In this document: positions 38,041 to 50,879 of the stretch, in pieces
Layout: the number at the start of each line of letters is the position of its first letter
Position numbering within the stretch: the first letter of the stretch is position 1
From: Felis catus
Taxonomy: Eukaryota
Length of the DNA stretch: 64,000 nt
Direction: 5' to 3'
Assembly: GCF_018350175.1 (NCBI RefSeq)
Contig: NC_058368.1
Location: forward strand, 55,926,001 to 55,990,000
Made by a program: the position numbers and the translations under genes
The notes under the pieces: generated by a model
Database searches by the model: none
Seen by the model: the letters and a program-made list of their open reading frames with translations, nothing else
Told to the model about the DNA's origin: nothing

Positions 38041-39533
38041 AAATCTGAATTTTCTAATAACTAAGGGCAGAGCAATGGTGAATACAGAGAGCTAAGTGTA
38101 TTGTACCAAAGAAAATAGTAGAAGCTGTTTGCACAGACATTGTAAGGCCCATTAACCATAATGAATAATGGAAGCGTAACGTCCATTTGTGCTGTATTTT
38201 TGGTTTGAGCTGCTTATCTCTCTTTTGGCCACTCCAGTTTACTTGAAATTATTCTCTGTTGTTTGAGCCTGGGACACTGCTTTCAGAGGTTGCGTGAAGT
38301 AGGTGAGAAAAGATTATGAATTTGCTGTCCTCCACAAATGTCTGCTGCAAGGAAAGTGATTATGTTCATGAAGCATTCTTGAGGTTTTATTCTTTTAATA
38401 TGAAGAGTCATTTCTACCAGCAGGCAGCTCTACAGTGGGCCTCTATAGGCACCAGAGTGCTGCAGAGTTTTTGGAATGTTGTGCTTCACAGTAGAGTTTA
38501 TGGAATGTATAGATCTATACTTATGGGCAGAAAAATGGAGACCAGTTGGCTGCCTAAGCACATTACAGAACAAAACAGGACACTCCATATGAATCTAGGT
38601 TAAACTGAAAAAAAAAAAATCTACATCCATGAGAGTCATTAGATATCAGATGATTCCTCATGTGTTACTTCTCAGTTTATCTGCAGTTATTTTTGCAGAC
38701 TTGCTTTCTCTGAAGCCAACAGGTTGGTGATGCTTTTTCTCCGTCTGCCATTATCACTGAGGTTTTGCCCCAGTGAGCTTAACTTTTCCTTCTCACAGCA
38801 GTAAAGCAGCAGCAATGTAAGTAATCTTAATCAATTTTTCTCCTAAAAACAACATTATTAATAATAACAATTTTAATTAAAAATATAAAGGCAAAACAAA
38901 TCTCAAATGTAGAAAACCAACCTATACCAAATTCTTCCCATAGACCCCTTTACCTCTGTGCAAAGAGCAAGAGACATTGGGTATAATAATTCATTTTCAA
39001 ACTATTTTCTTCTTCAATGTAAATATGCTATCTATGTATATATTAATGTAAGCTGAATTAAATGTGTTAAACCATTCCCTTTCAGAATTCCAGTGAAATT
39101 TTGAAATAAAAAGTGAAAATCAATATCTCTTTGTTTTACAAATAATTTGAGATGCTTACATTTGTCAGTTATTTTTATGATAGAAAATAGTAAAATTTGC
39201 AACAGTGCTGTACCTAAATTTGATATTTAAAGGCAATGTTCCTTATTTGCAGTCAATTTAATCATTACAGTATAACAAAAAATGTTAAACAGTAGAGACA
39301 GATATGATTGATGGGATAAAAATTACATTCTGTCCCACTACACTTTAATTTGTTCCAAAAATAATTTATATTTAAACTAGCTTCAACTTATCACTAAAAT
39401 AGTGGCCCCACATTTCCTTCAACAAATCTGCCATCATGGATGACAAGCAGTCAAGTTAATTTTGAAAGCTAAAACTTTTGGCTTGAAAAAGAAAACCAGG
39501 ATTATCTAAAATAATTTTTAGAAAAGCATTTTA

Positions 39534-39690
39534 GGAGCTTCTGAGTGGCTCAGTCAGTTAAGCGTCTGACTTCAACTCAGGTCATGATCTTGCAGTCCGT
39601 GAGTTTGGGCCTCGCGTCAGGCCCTGTGCTGACAGCTCAGAGCCTGGAGCCTGCTTCAGATTCTGTCTCCCTCTCTCTCTGCCCCTCCTC

Positions 39691-39722
<32 letters not shown>

Positions 39723-39758
39723 CTTCTCTCAAAAATAAATAAAACATTAAGAAAAATA
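39534..39758 (+). mobile_element. CAN-SINE
   Basis: TSD tagaaaagcatttta / tagaagagcatttta. Confidence 0.95.
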
Positions 39759-40307
39759 TAGAAGAGCATTTTAGGGAAGGTATATGAAATATTGATTCTT
39801 TTTAGACATTAAAGTAATGTTTATTACCATAGTATAATATTTTCATTTAAAAAACTGACAAATATAATAGGTAACCAAACATATTTTAAGAGAATTCCCA
39901 TAGATATAACTGCATAATAAATCATATTTTTTAAATGTGCCCACAGTTTTTCACTTTAGCAACAAAATAATTATTAAAAATAACAAATAGCTCTAAAACA
40001 AAATGAACTCTCCTGTAAAAATGGAAAGATTGCAGTCTATCTCAAAATATTGTCATCTCAAAGCTAATGTTTTTTTCAGTAATAGTTTAACTATGGAATT
40101 TTTGTGAAAACAAACTTGGCCCTTATTGTAACAGCTTCCATCTGACATTGAGTTTAAAGACATCTGGACAATAGCATACCTACATCAGATTTTCAACCTG
40201 AGTTGGTTGTTCCATAAGTAGAAACCAGAGTGGTACCAGATGGTACATTATACCCTCAAAGACTCCAATCAGAGAATTGATCAAGTTCAAGAAACAGAAC
40301 TGTGTGC

Positions 40308-41135
40308 TGTGATATGGTGATTATGAGAGAGATATATTTGGGCTTCCCATTTCTCACACAGAGCTCTCAAACCCCCTATAATTTCCTAAGTGAGAGAAAC
40401 ATAGGTGTCATATTAATGAGGTAATTTTGGGACCCCACCCAGGGCTGAGGGCTGGTTGCCAGTGGAGCCAACTTTGTAATTAAAGTATTAGAACATTCAC
40501 TTCCACCCTTCTGACCTCCATGGTGGGAAAAGAGGCTGGATGATTTAATTATTCATTCTTATGTATGAAGCCTCCTTAAAAAGGGTTTAGAGAGCTTCCA
40601 GTTTAGGGAGCATGCAGAGATTTAGGGAGAGTGGTCCACTCCAAGAGAACAAGAAAGCTCTACACCTTTTCCTCATACCTTCCCATATATATCACTTCTA
40701 TCTGTGGTTCCTGAGCTGTGTCCTTTTATGATAAACCACAATTTGGTAAGTAAAATGTTTCTTTGAGTTCTGTGAGCCACTATAGCAAATTAGTCAAACG
40801 CAAGGAGGGGATTCATGGGAAGCTCTGATTAATAGCCAATCAGAGAGAAGTACAGGCAGCAACCTGGACTGAATAACTGGCAACTGAAACCAGAAGCAGG
40901 GGTCCTTCGGATAGGTCAGAAGCACAGGTTTTTCCTACACCTTTGTTTTGAACTGGTGTCTGAAGTGAGCGTGGGGGCAGTCTTATGGTACTGAGCCTTT
41001 CACCTGTAGAATTTCATGCTAGCTCCAGGGGAAGAAGAGTGTTAGAATTGAGTTGAATTGTAGGACATCTAGCCCATGTCCAAGAATGGGAAACAGCCTT
41101 TCCCATGTTGCAATTGGGTCTAGGAACCCAAAAGA
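40308..41135 (+). mobile_element. MER21-family solo LTR
   Basis: tgtgatatggtgattat...cagagctctcaaacccc...ctttgagttctgtgagcc; near-TSD tgtgc / tgtac. Confidence 0.85.
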
Positions 41136-41383
41136 TGTACCAACTTCTGTAACATGCTTTGAATGGCTAGGGTAGAGAACACTATGCTAAAAAAGGAAAC
41201 TTTGGGAGTTGCACCAATTACACAGGATCAGATAATTGAAAAAAATCGGAAGCCTCTAGCTTGTACTGTGGTAAGGCTTTTTGTTCAGCAGTAGAAAGTA
41301 AGATCAGGCTACCAAGAGGGTCTCAGGATTCTATATGCAGGCCCCTAGGCTCCTTTCTCAGTTGCAAAGGATCTGCTTAATCC

Positions 41384-41593
41384 TTTTTTTTTTTTTTAAG
41401 TTTATTTATTTTGAGAGAAAGCATGAGCACGGGAGGGACAGAGAGAGAGAGAGAGGTGGAGAGAGATAATCCCTAGCAGGCTCCACGCTCTGCACTGAGC
41501 CCAATTTGAGGCTCAATCTCAGGACCATGAGATTATACCCTGGGCCTAAATCAAGAGTCAGATGCTTAACTGATTGAGCCACACGGATGTCCA
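41384..41593 (-). mobile_element. CAN-SINE (older subtype)
   Basis: antisense SINEC with poly(T). Confidence 0.92.
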
Positions 41594-42048
41594 AGATCTC
41601 TTTTATCTTGATGACACAGACACATGCAGGAATTGTGGTTTCAAGAGGGCCCACGCAAAAATTCAGTTATGTCTTGGACCCCTTTGGTCATATAACCAAT
41701 CCAGTTTGTGTAACTGGTTAACAGGTGTAAATCATAAAACAATGCATCCCTAAACAATGTAGACAAGCAAATCCTGGCCGTCTCCAAATGAGTTCTGAAC
41801 TTTAAGCTGCATATTTCATCCTTATCTTGGCGAAGCATCAACAGCAAACTTTTAGCCTTTGGTGAGGATAAGCATTGCACTAAACTAGTCCACTTATAAG
41901 GTAACTCTATCTTACATAGGAGCTAAGAGAAATATAGCTGAAAACAATGAAATATATAGTTGGTTCTGTTTTATAAAAATGTATTACTTTAAAATCTAGA
42001 AACAAGTATATTTTCCTTGCCTTTTTAATTTAGAGAGAGCTCCTTAAA

Positions 42049-42148
42049 CTTTTTTTTAATGTTTATTTTGTGTGTGAGAGAGAGAATTAAAAAAAGTTTT
42101 TTTCAGTTTATTTTGAGAGAGACAGAGACTGCACCAGTGGGGGAGGGG

Positions 42149-42181
<33 letters not shown>

Positions 42182-42526
42182 TCCCAAACAGACTCTATGC
42201 TGTCAGTGCAGAGCACCACGTGGGGACTGAACCCACGAACCTGCAAGACCACAATCTGTGCCAAAACCAAGAGTCAGACACTTAACTCACTGAGCCACCC
42301 AGGCACCCCTTTATTTAATTTGAGAGACAGCAAGGGGAGGGGAGAGAACGAGTAGGAGAAGGGCAGAGAGAGAGAATCCCAAGCAGGCTCCACGCTGAGC
42401 CGAGCAGTGGGCTCAGGGCTCAATGCGGGGCTTGATTTCACGACCCCAAGGTCACAACCAGGAGATCATGAGTTGAGCTGATAGCAAGAGTTGGCCACTT
42501 AACCAGCTGAGCCACCCAGGAACCCC
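42049..42526 (-). mobile_element. Nested CAN-SINE cluster (two bodies plus an extra tail)
   Basis: heads end at about 42309 and 42526; outer TSD gagctccttaaacttt / gatctccctaaacttt. Confidence 0.9.
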
Positions 42527-42984
42527 AGGATCTCCCTAAACTTTAAAGAAACACTTTCCTACACCTAATTAAGAGATGGTGCTGCAAGTTTGGAGGACAA
42601 ATAAAAAACAAATGGATTCACAGAATTTCCCATCAACATCTGACTTCCTCCCCCCACCCCATTCCAGTTCCCTATATTGTCAAAATCACTTCCTGTTGCT
42701 GTACAAGTTGTAAACCAGTTATAAGTTCCATTTCTTTGTTGTTTTGTTTTGTTGCTTTATTTCTATGAAAGTTATGACTGATGATTCCTGTCCCTAACCC
42801 CTACTCTTACTGTTACCCATGTGTGCAAAAACTTGTGGAATTTATCTTGGAAGCAAACATACTTGCATTACCAACTCTGTAAGGAACTTTTCTTCTCTGC
42901 ATTTTCTTTGTTAGTTATCTCTACCCAAGGGAATTTTAAACTCCCCTCTCAAATTTTAAATTCTCTCTCCTCAAATTTCTGAAC

Positions 42985-43380
42985 AGTAGCCATGAAAAAG
43001 AGTGAAATCTTGCCATTTCCAATGGCATGGATAGAGCCAGAGAGTATTATGCTAAGCAAAATAAGTCAGTCGGAGAAAGACAAATATCATCTGATTTCAC
43101 TCATATGTGGAATTTAAGAAACTAAACAAACAAGCAAAGGGGAAAAAGAAGAGAGAGGCAAATAGACTCTTAACCTATACAGAACAAACTGATAGTTATC
43201 AGAGGGGAGGTGGGCAAGGGGATGCGTTAAATGGGTAATGGGAATTAAGGAGTGCGCTTGTGATGAGCACAAGGTGAGGTATGGAAGTGTTCAATCACTA
43301 TATTGTACACTTGAAACTAATATTACACTGTATGTTCAATACCTGGAATTTAAGTTAAAAAAAAAACAAAGAAAGAAAAA
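42985..43380 (+). mobile_element. 5'-truncated carnivore L1 3' end
   Basis: gaaatcttgccattt...tattatgctaagc...tgtacacttgaaactaatattacactgtatgtt, A-rich tail. Confidence 0.92.
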
Positions 43381-44419
43381 CTTAAAGAATATTAAAATAA
43401 CTTCGGGAAAGAAGTGGAAGGATTTTGCTATTCAGCCTAAAACTTTTTCTTGTCTCCATTATCTCTGTGCAGTCCCATACATTTGCTTCTACTGTTTGAT
43501 ATTACAGGAAGACCCAATTAAAAAAAAAATCAAAATATTTCTTGTCAACACAAATCCTCAGTTCTTTATAAATTTAAGTTTATATGTAGTTGAATTAACC
43601 AATATGACGTTGAATATAATGTTATTCAGTGTTAGAATGGAATATATGATCATGTAAGATAATATTCTCCTTTATATAACCTGATTTTTCTTTCCTTTTT
43701 AATTGTTTCATTTACTTTGCTTTAAAAAAAAACTTTGAATCAATTATGCCATAACATAAAGATTAATTATAGAAATTTATGTAGTCATATATTGCTAACC
43801 TTTTTTCCAAAATATACTGTCAAATAGGTCTATAGATATATTGATTTTGCATATGCTGATATATTTTCAGAAATATAGACACACTTGTGTTGGGGGAGAG
43901 AATAATTTAATATTTCTAGAAAATATAAAAGTCATAAAACCAACCTCTCAAAACTGACAGTACAGAGGCTAATTTTGTTTTACATATTTATCAATTTTAT
44001 GCATGAAAATAAAATATTCATCACACAAATAGAAAGTGACATTGTATGCATAAATTCATATGCTATGGTTCAGCTATAAATTGTGATTCAGTGTGAATGT
44101 TGCAGAAAAACTAATTTCTAATTTCATATATTTACATTTTGTTACTGCAAACCTCTGTGTTAGTGATACTATTACATTGAACTCTTGAGATGATTATAAA
44201 AATATATTCATACAAAATTAGTTTTTAATAACCAGAAAATATACAAAATCATGTAAATTATCCTCATGTCTACCACAGTGTGAAGTTTGTGTGTAGTTTT
44301 GTGGTATGAGGAGGTGGGCACACAGAAACTTGAGAACACCAAGTTTCTTAATGTAAATGATACTACACAATTATATCATGACTTTTTTTCTCATACAATT
44401 CAGATTTTTTCAATGACAT

Positions 44420-44550
44420 GACTTCAGTCGTTTCCCCATATCATAATCTATGAAGTTCCATGATGTATTTGGTTCATCAATATATCCCCATGTTTGGAAA
44501 GGGCCTATAACACAGAAGTTGCTTAATAAGTAATATTCAAATGATAAAAT
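44420..44550 (+). mobile_element. L2 3'-end fragment
   Basis: ttggttcatcaatatatcccc...gcttaataagtaat. Confidence 0.5.
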
Positions 44551-44698
44551 AAAAACATTAATGAACTTTGAGATGTTTGACATCTAGTTGTTTTTAATTT
44601 TTAAATAATATAAAGTTGGTTTTTTTTTTTTTTTTATTTGTGTGGTGTATGCAATCCCAATAGGTTAACTAAAAGTACTTTAAAAAAAGAATGAGGTT

Positions 44699-44876
44699 GG
44701 GACACCTGAGTGGCTTAGTTGGCTGAACATCCAATTTAAACTCAGGTGTTGATCTCATGGTATGTGAGTTCAAGCCCCATATCAGGCTCTCTGCTGTCAG
44801 TGCAGACTCTACTTCAGATCCTCTGTCCCTCTCTGCCCCTCTCCCACTTTCAGTTTTATAAATAAAACATTAAAAA
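44699..44876 (+). mobile_element. CAN-SINE, diverged
   Basis: SINEC head and aataaaacattaaaaa tail. Confidence 0.9.
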
Positions 44877-45079
44877 GTGGAGTTATATTTCTTGTTTTTC
44901 ATTCATTTTCATTTCATGGCGGCTTAAACTATGTGTATAATGTCAGTGAATTTTTTATCATCAAATATAAAACTCTTTTTATGTTTTTTTACCAAAGCAT
45001 TTTGTGTCACGTAGCATCATGTTATGTATTTATTTGTGCTTTTTTTTTCTAGTATATTGTTAGAAACTTAAGTTATTGT

Positions 45080-45545
45080 GTAGAAGTTCTTTTTTTCTGA
45101 TATTAATTCTTAGAGCTATATATTTTCCTCTCAGTACTGTTATGGTTCCATCCCCTACATTTTGATGTGCTGTGCAGTTTTGTTTTCATTCTGTTCTAAA
45201 TATTTTCAAGTTTCCATTATAATTTCTTCTTTGACCAATATGTTATTTAAAAGTCTGGCTTTTCATTTCCAAATAATTGAAGATTTCCTAAATTTCCTTC
45301 TGTTGTTGATACCAAATTTAATTTTATTGTATTCAGGAGGTACTTTCATTATAACAGTCCTTTTAAGTTCATTGGAACTTGTTTTATTGTGTCTGTTGTG
45401 GAAGTCTTAATTATATTTGGGCTTGACAAAAAAAAATGTGTATTCTGCAGTCATTTGGTAGAATTTTTTCTGTGTCACGATGCTACTTGATAGTGTTTTT
45501 CAAATCTACTGTATGCTTGCTAAATATCTATATTTTCAAAATATT
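45080..45545 (-). mobile_element. Old L1 endonuclease-region fragment
   Basis: gctatatattttcctctcagtactg...atttcttctttgacc. Confidence 0.75.
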
Positions 45546-45619
45546 TGGCTTTTCATATTGAGCTTCTCTTGGAATTATTTTATTGATATAAAATAAGTCA
45601 TAGTGTAATTATTTTGAGT

Positions 45620-46955
45620 AAAGTTGAACAATTTTCAATATTCTGGGAAATATAAATTTCACAAGATATTTCTGTTTTGGCAACTGTGTCTCTGCCCATT
45701 TTCTTACAGGATTTTTGCTCTTTTTCTTCAATTTTTAATGTTTCCTATTATACCATTGATATTGGCCCTTATCTGTGATATATATTGCAAGTACTTTTTT
45801 AGTCTTTCATTTATCTCTTAAGTTTAGTCATGATGCCCTCTCCCTAAAGGCTATGATTATTCTGTCATTTTATGTGGACACATTTTATTATATTAGTAGT
45901 AGTAGTAGTACTAGTAGTAGTAGTAGTAGTACTATTATTTTGTACCTGGAACTTGATTTCATATAATAATTGTATATTTCTATATATCAATGATACTGAT
46001 AAACTACTTAATTTTTTTACTACTTCTATATTTTACTTTTTTATAAGTAAATTTCTGATGTTATAAATTTCATTCCTGTATGTCGTGGTGAGGAATTGAT
46101 CAAATTTTACCTTTTTTTTTTTCTAAATGGCTATCCAGTTGTCTGAAAATCTTTTGTTTAAAATGCCATCTTTAACACAGAGATTTGAGATGACATCTTA
46201 CCATTTACTTTTTTGTGTTTGTTAAGATAGATCTAATTCTATGGTTTTTATCATATGTCTTCAGTTTTTTGTCTTCTTCATGTATCTGCAGCCCAATATT
46301 TGAATTTTAGAAGCTTTATAGACTTAAAATCTGTGAAGACTATGTCTACTACCAACTCATCCCTCTTTACTTTACTACTTTTCTAACTTTTTTGTTTTTA
46401 TTTTTAATAAGAAATTTAGCAGCCCTTCACTTCCTTATCTACAAGTAGAATATCCTCTCTCTATATTATTGATTTTTCTCCATATGCAATGCTTTTCTGT
46501 AGCTTCTAGTTTTGGTCCCACTCACTTTCAAGTCCTTTCCCTGAAACCTGTGTTGTGGATCACCAGGATGGCATTTGGGCATGAATACTGGACTTTCCCT
46601 TTCTAGATTGCTCCAGGTACATTTTAAGCTCTTCTTTACTCTTATTGAGAGTCTCCCGAGCCTCCTATTTTTCTACTGAGTAAACAGAGTCATAGTAATG
46701 AGTTGAAAATCAGAGATCTTTTGGAATATATTTTCCCTATTCATGGGTAATTTGAATGTTGCAGTATTTTCTCTCTTCTAGGAATGCTAAATTCATGGGC
46801 CATGTATGATTTTTCTCTTATATTCATTCATAGATAGATATATAGATAGATGATAGATTCTTTTTTTGTTTTGTTTTGTTTTGTTTGATTTTTTGAGGAA
46901 GAGTGTGGGAGATTTTCACAATCAAGCAGCTACCATTATTTTCCCAAACTACAAG
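45620..46955 (-). mobile_element. Old L1ME/MD-like fragments including a probable 5' end
   Basis: atggctatccagttgtc...; terminal ctaccattattttccc. Confidence 0.5.
45894..45932. repeat. (AGT)n
   Basis: direct reading. Confidence 0.95.
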
Positions 46956-46999
46956 TCTGAAAAAGTAACTGGAGTTTTAAAATAGAGAAATATTCTAGG

Positions 47000-47560
47000 T
47001 AGAGTGTTTAGTTATTACAGTTTTAATTTTTGAAATATATCATGGTAAGTAGCAGTAGAGAGAGATAGTAATGACTGTGAGAGCTACTTTGGAGGTAAAA
47101 TTGATGATTTCATGATGGATTAACTAAGAAGAATTAGGTATAAGGTGGTGGTAACATGGGTTACTCACTGATAACTTACAAAATACAATAGACAATAAAA
47201 CCACTTACTGAGAAATAAAACAAAATACCAGATTGTAGGAAGATATTTGCTAGTTTTTGATATATTTAATAATATGTATTAACAATAATTCTAAAAATTA
47301 TTTGAAGGTATTAATAATTTATAATTAACCCCTATCAATAAATATACATAATTTATCTGCTCAAAGATCGTTCTTAAATCTGTGGGTACCTATGAGCTTT
47401 CCAAGGATAGTCCAGTAAAATAACAATGGAAGTGTCCATTGATTTTAGTGATGTGGAAATACTCTGTAGTCCAAGTCAGTGATGTTTCAGAATTTAAAGG
47501 GACCAGAAACAAAACCAAAGTAGTTTGAGAAGTGATGGATTAGAAAGATAAGTTTGAATT
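47000..47560 (-). mobile_element. L2 fragments
   Basis: ttggaggtaaaattga...gatggatt; aagtgtccattgattttag...ccagaaacaaaacc. Confidence 0.55.
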
Positions 47561-48228
47561 TTAAAGAAATTTTAGAAAGAGTTAAATATGCCAGAAACCA
47601 TAGCGAACCTGCCAATGTGAATATGTTAAGAAATGTTTTATTGTTTTTACTTTATGGCCATTTTACTGCTTTATCATTAGGGGTTCATTATTAATGATTT
47701 AGCATTGTTTTTACAACTCAGATAATTATCTTTAAAACAGATTTTCCACCAGTCTTCTTTGTTTGAGCTTTTACATGCCCTTAAATTCACTTCTGGTTCC
47801 AAGGTCCTTGGTGTCACCAATTCTTACGCCTTTGGGAATTTTTGTTGTGTAATTTAAAATGATTTTTACTCTAGCCAATAGCCAGATTAGGATGAAACTT
47901 TCCAGGTCTGCTAAATCATTTAGCATCCATCCAATTGCTTTTTAGGATCCAAACTTTTCTTGCTATTCTTTTATCTTTTGTCATCGAGTTTGTGTATTTA
48001 TACCCTTTTTAAGTCACTTTATTCGTATTTTAGTAAAATTTCAAGAATGTGCAAAAATAAATGTCTTTATTTAACCATGTTCCCTGTAAATTTTTTGCTA
48101 AAATTATTCCTCAAATATATTAGCATAGTTAATAACAAAGATTTTTTTGTAAATATGCACTTCTATAAAGTAACATAGAGTAAATATAAGATGGGGGATT
48201 AAAAGCAGATAATTATTGAAACTAGTTA

Positions 48229-48300
48229 AAATATTGATACCAAAATAAATATTGATACCAAAATAAATATTGATACCAAAATAAATATTGATACCAAAAT
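48229..48300. repeat. Perfect 18-bp x4 minisatellite
   Basis: aaatattgataccaaaat repeated four times without mismatch. Confidence 0.97.
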
Positions 48301-48455
48301 ATTAAAGATTAAATTTAAATTTGATTAGTCAAGGAAATGATTAAATTATATTTTTATTCTCTGTATAGGTAATGATAATATGCAAACCATTGATGTATGA
48401 ATGGGCAATCCAAAAGTATAAAGAAACAAATTTAGGAAAAAATATATTATATGAT

Positions 48456-48645
48456 GGGGCACCTGGGTGGTTCAGTCAGTTGACCGTCTGACTTTGGCTC
48501 ACATCATGACCTCATGGTTTGTGAGTTTGAGACCTGCATCGGGCTCATTGTGTCAGCTCAGAGCCCACTTTGGATCTTTTGTCCCCCTCTTTCTCTGCCC
48601 CTCCCCTGCTTATGCTCTGTCTCTCAAAAATAAATAAACAATGAA
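48456..48645 (+). mobile_element. CAN-SINE
   Basis: TSD aaaaaatatattatatgat / aaaaaatacaatatatgat. Confidence 0.95.
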
Positions 48646-48862
48646 AAAATACAATATATGATACACGAGGTAGTTTACATTAGAAGTATTATGCCATTTC
48701 CCTGATTTTGTGGTGTTGAGTGTATTGTGTACTTTTAAAATACTGTATATAATTTCTTATCATTCATTCTCCTTCTAAATAAAATTTTGTACCAAACTTC
48801 ATATTATTTTCCTGTAAACGATGTACAAAAATTCGTAAATGCTAGCCCTCTCTATACTTCTG

Positions 48863-48882
48863 TTTTTTTTTTTTTTAAGTTT

Positions 48883-48928
<46 letters not shown>

Positions 48929-49083
48929 CACCAGGGGAGTGGCAGAGAGAGAGGGAGCAGAGGATCTGACGTTGCTCCATGTTGACAGCAGAGAGCCCAG
49001 TGCAGGGCTCAAACTCATGAACCTTGAGATCATGACCTGAGCCAAAGTTGGGCACTTAACTGAGTGAGCCACCCAGGTGCCTC
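48863..49083 (-). mobile_element. CAN-SINE with expanded (GA)n
   Basis: antisense SINEC. Confidence 0.94.
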
Positions 49084-49149
49084 AGGCCTCTCAATATTTA
49101 ATGTACTCTCTGAATAATGGCTAATAGATAGTAAGTAAATAGATGTAAA

Positions 49150-49290
49150 AAGACCTATTCCAAGCCCTTTTTCTCTCATTATCTCATTTATTATATCCAA
49201 GAACCCAGAAGGACTATATCATTTGCCAAAGCTAGGAGGTGATAAAGTAGGATTCATACCCATATCTATTTGAATCAAGAGACCCATACA
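49150..49290 (-). mobile_element. MIR fragment
   Basis: attatctcattta; gtaggattcatacccatatct. Confidence 0.55.
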
Positions 49291-50591
49291 TTATATACAC
49301 TTATTCCTCTTCCAACTTAAATTGGAGATTAAGGGTGAATGCATTTTCCATTATTTTCAATCTTCTGTTCAACAGACATATTTAAAGATGGGGGAAAGGC
49401 CCACCACCATCCCTACATCATGTGGTAACCCTATTATTTCATAAATGACATAATGCACCATTGTTATATACAAAATCTTTTTGTTTCTTCATAGAGGACT
49501 TTCAACTACTTCTAAAGGTATAACATCACAAAGTTATTACCAAATCTATATTATTATGACAATGTGACTTCTTAATTTCCCTTTTATGTTCTAATTTTAT
49601 TCTACTTTTTAATTATAAATGTATTTTGTACCTTATTTTAGTTTAAGGATCATTTTCAAATGAAATAAACATATTACCCTTTAAGACATTGATCTATAAA
49701 TCTGTATTTAGAAAGGTGACAATTCAAAGTATTCCTGTCAAAACATTTTTTTATTCACACATTTATTTTGGAGAATTATTTTTCTAAAAATTTCTCTAAA
49801 TTTCAGTAAGTCACAATTATAGATATTTGACATTTTAAAACAATTATATTTATTATTCTTTATAATCTTCATGAGGGCTTTATATGTTTGACCTTATCTT
49901 ACTTTTCACATGGTTAAATTAGTATTTCTCTTTACTGTCATCATTGAAATCAAACATGTAGTCATTTTAGGGCTACTTAATGGAGTTTAAATTTTTACTT
50001 ATATCCTCTGACTACTTTTGCTTTCTTATGAGAGTTCTGTTTCTATTTACCTTATTTTATTCCATCTTAAAGTTCTCTACTCAAATGCATATAGATATTA
50101 GTTGTTTTCTTGTAAGAATCCTCATTTTTAGATACATTTTGTATTTAGTTTTTTTATTTTTCCTCTCCTGGAAAGAGCATATTTTTATGTCATCTGTTTT
50201 ATTTCCTCTCTCTAAAAATAGAAAATAATGTTATTTTATTTTAGGTATTTTTTATTTGATCCTATAATTATGGTAATCCCATATCAAAAGGACTTGCTTT
50301 TAGTACTTATATGAATTGTTTTGTTTTTCTCTTTTCATATCTTTATATACATCATACAACTTATTTTCAATTTAGTTCATTTTTGGTCTATTAAAAGACT
50401 AAAATTTATCATGATAGTATATGTGCATGTGAGTGTGCATGCTTTCAGTTACATAGAATGCAATGTGAATAAAAGGCACAGAAGAAACTACCTTCTAGAA
50501 CAGTAACTAAGGAACATCTAATTTTCTATTGTACTATTTAATAGAATCTAGCTTTATACTGCAAATGGAGGTGATATGCCTTATACTTACA

Positions 50592-50592
50592 T

Positions 50593-50631
<39 letters not shown>

Positions 50632-50879
50632 GAATATACTTTACTGTCAAATTGACTTACATACAACACCCAGTGCTCATCCCAACAAGTGCCCTCCTCA
50701 ATGCCCATCACCCATTTTCCTCTCCCCCCTCACTCCCCATCAACCCTCAGTTTGTTCTCAGTATTTAAGAGTCTCTTATGGCCTGCCTCCCTACCCCCTT
50801 CCATTCCCCCATGGTCTTCTATTAAGTTTCTCAAGATCCACATATGAGTGAAAACATATAATATCTCTTTCTCTGACTG
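50592..50879 (-). mobile_element. 5'-truncated felid L1 3' end with (TTTA)n tail
   Basis: TSD acttacatttattta / actaacatttattta; appears inserted in an L2 3' end continuing to about 50955. Confidence 0.92.

Noticed and set aside
43238..43657. Longest ORF in the track (139 aa)
   Set aside because: Spans an L1 3' UTR, its A-tail and AT-rich flank; no coding features
48229..48300. Regular direct repeats resembling a CRISPR array
   Set aside because: Head-to-tail units with no spacers, in mammalian DNA
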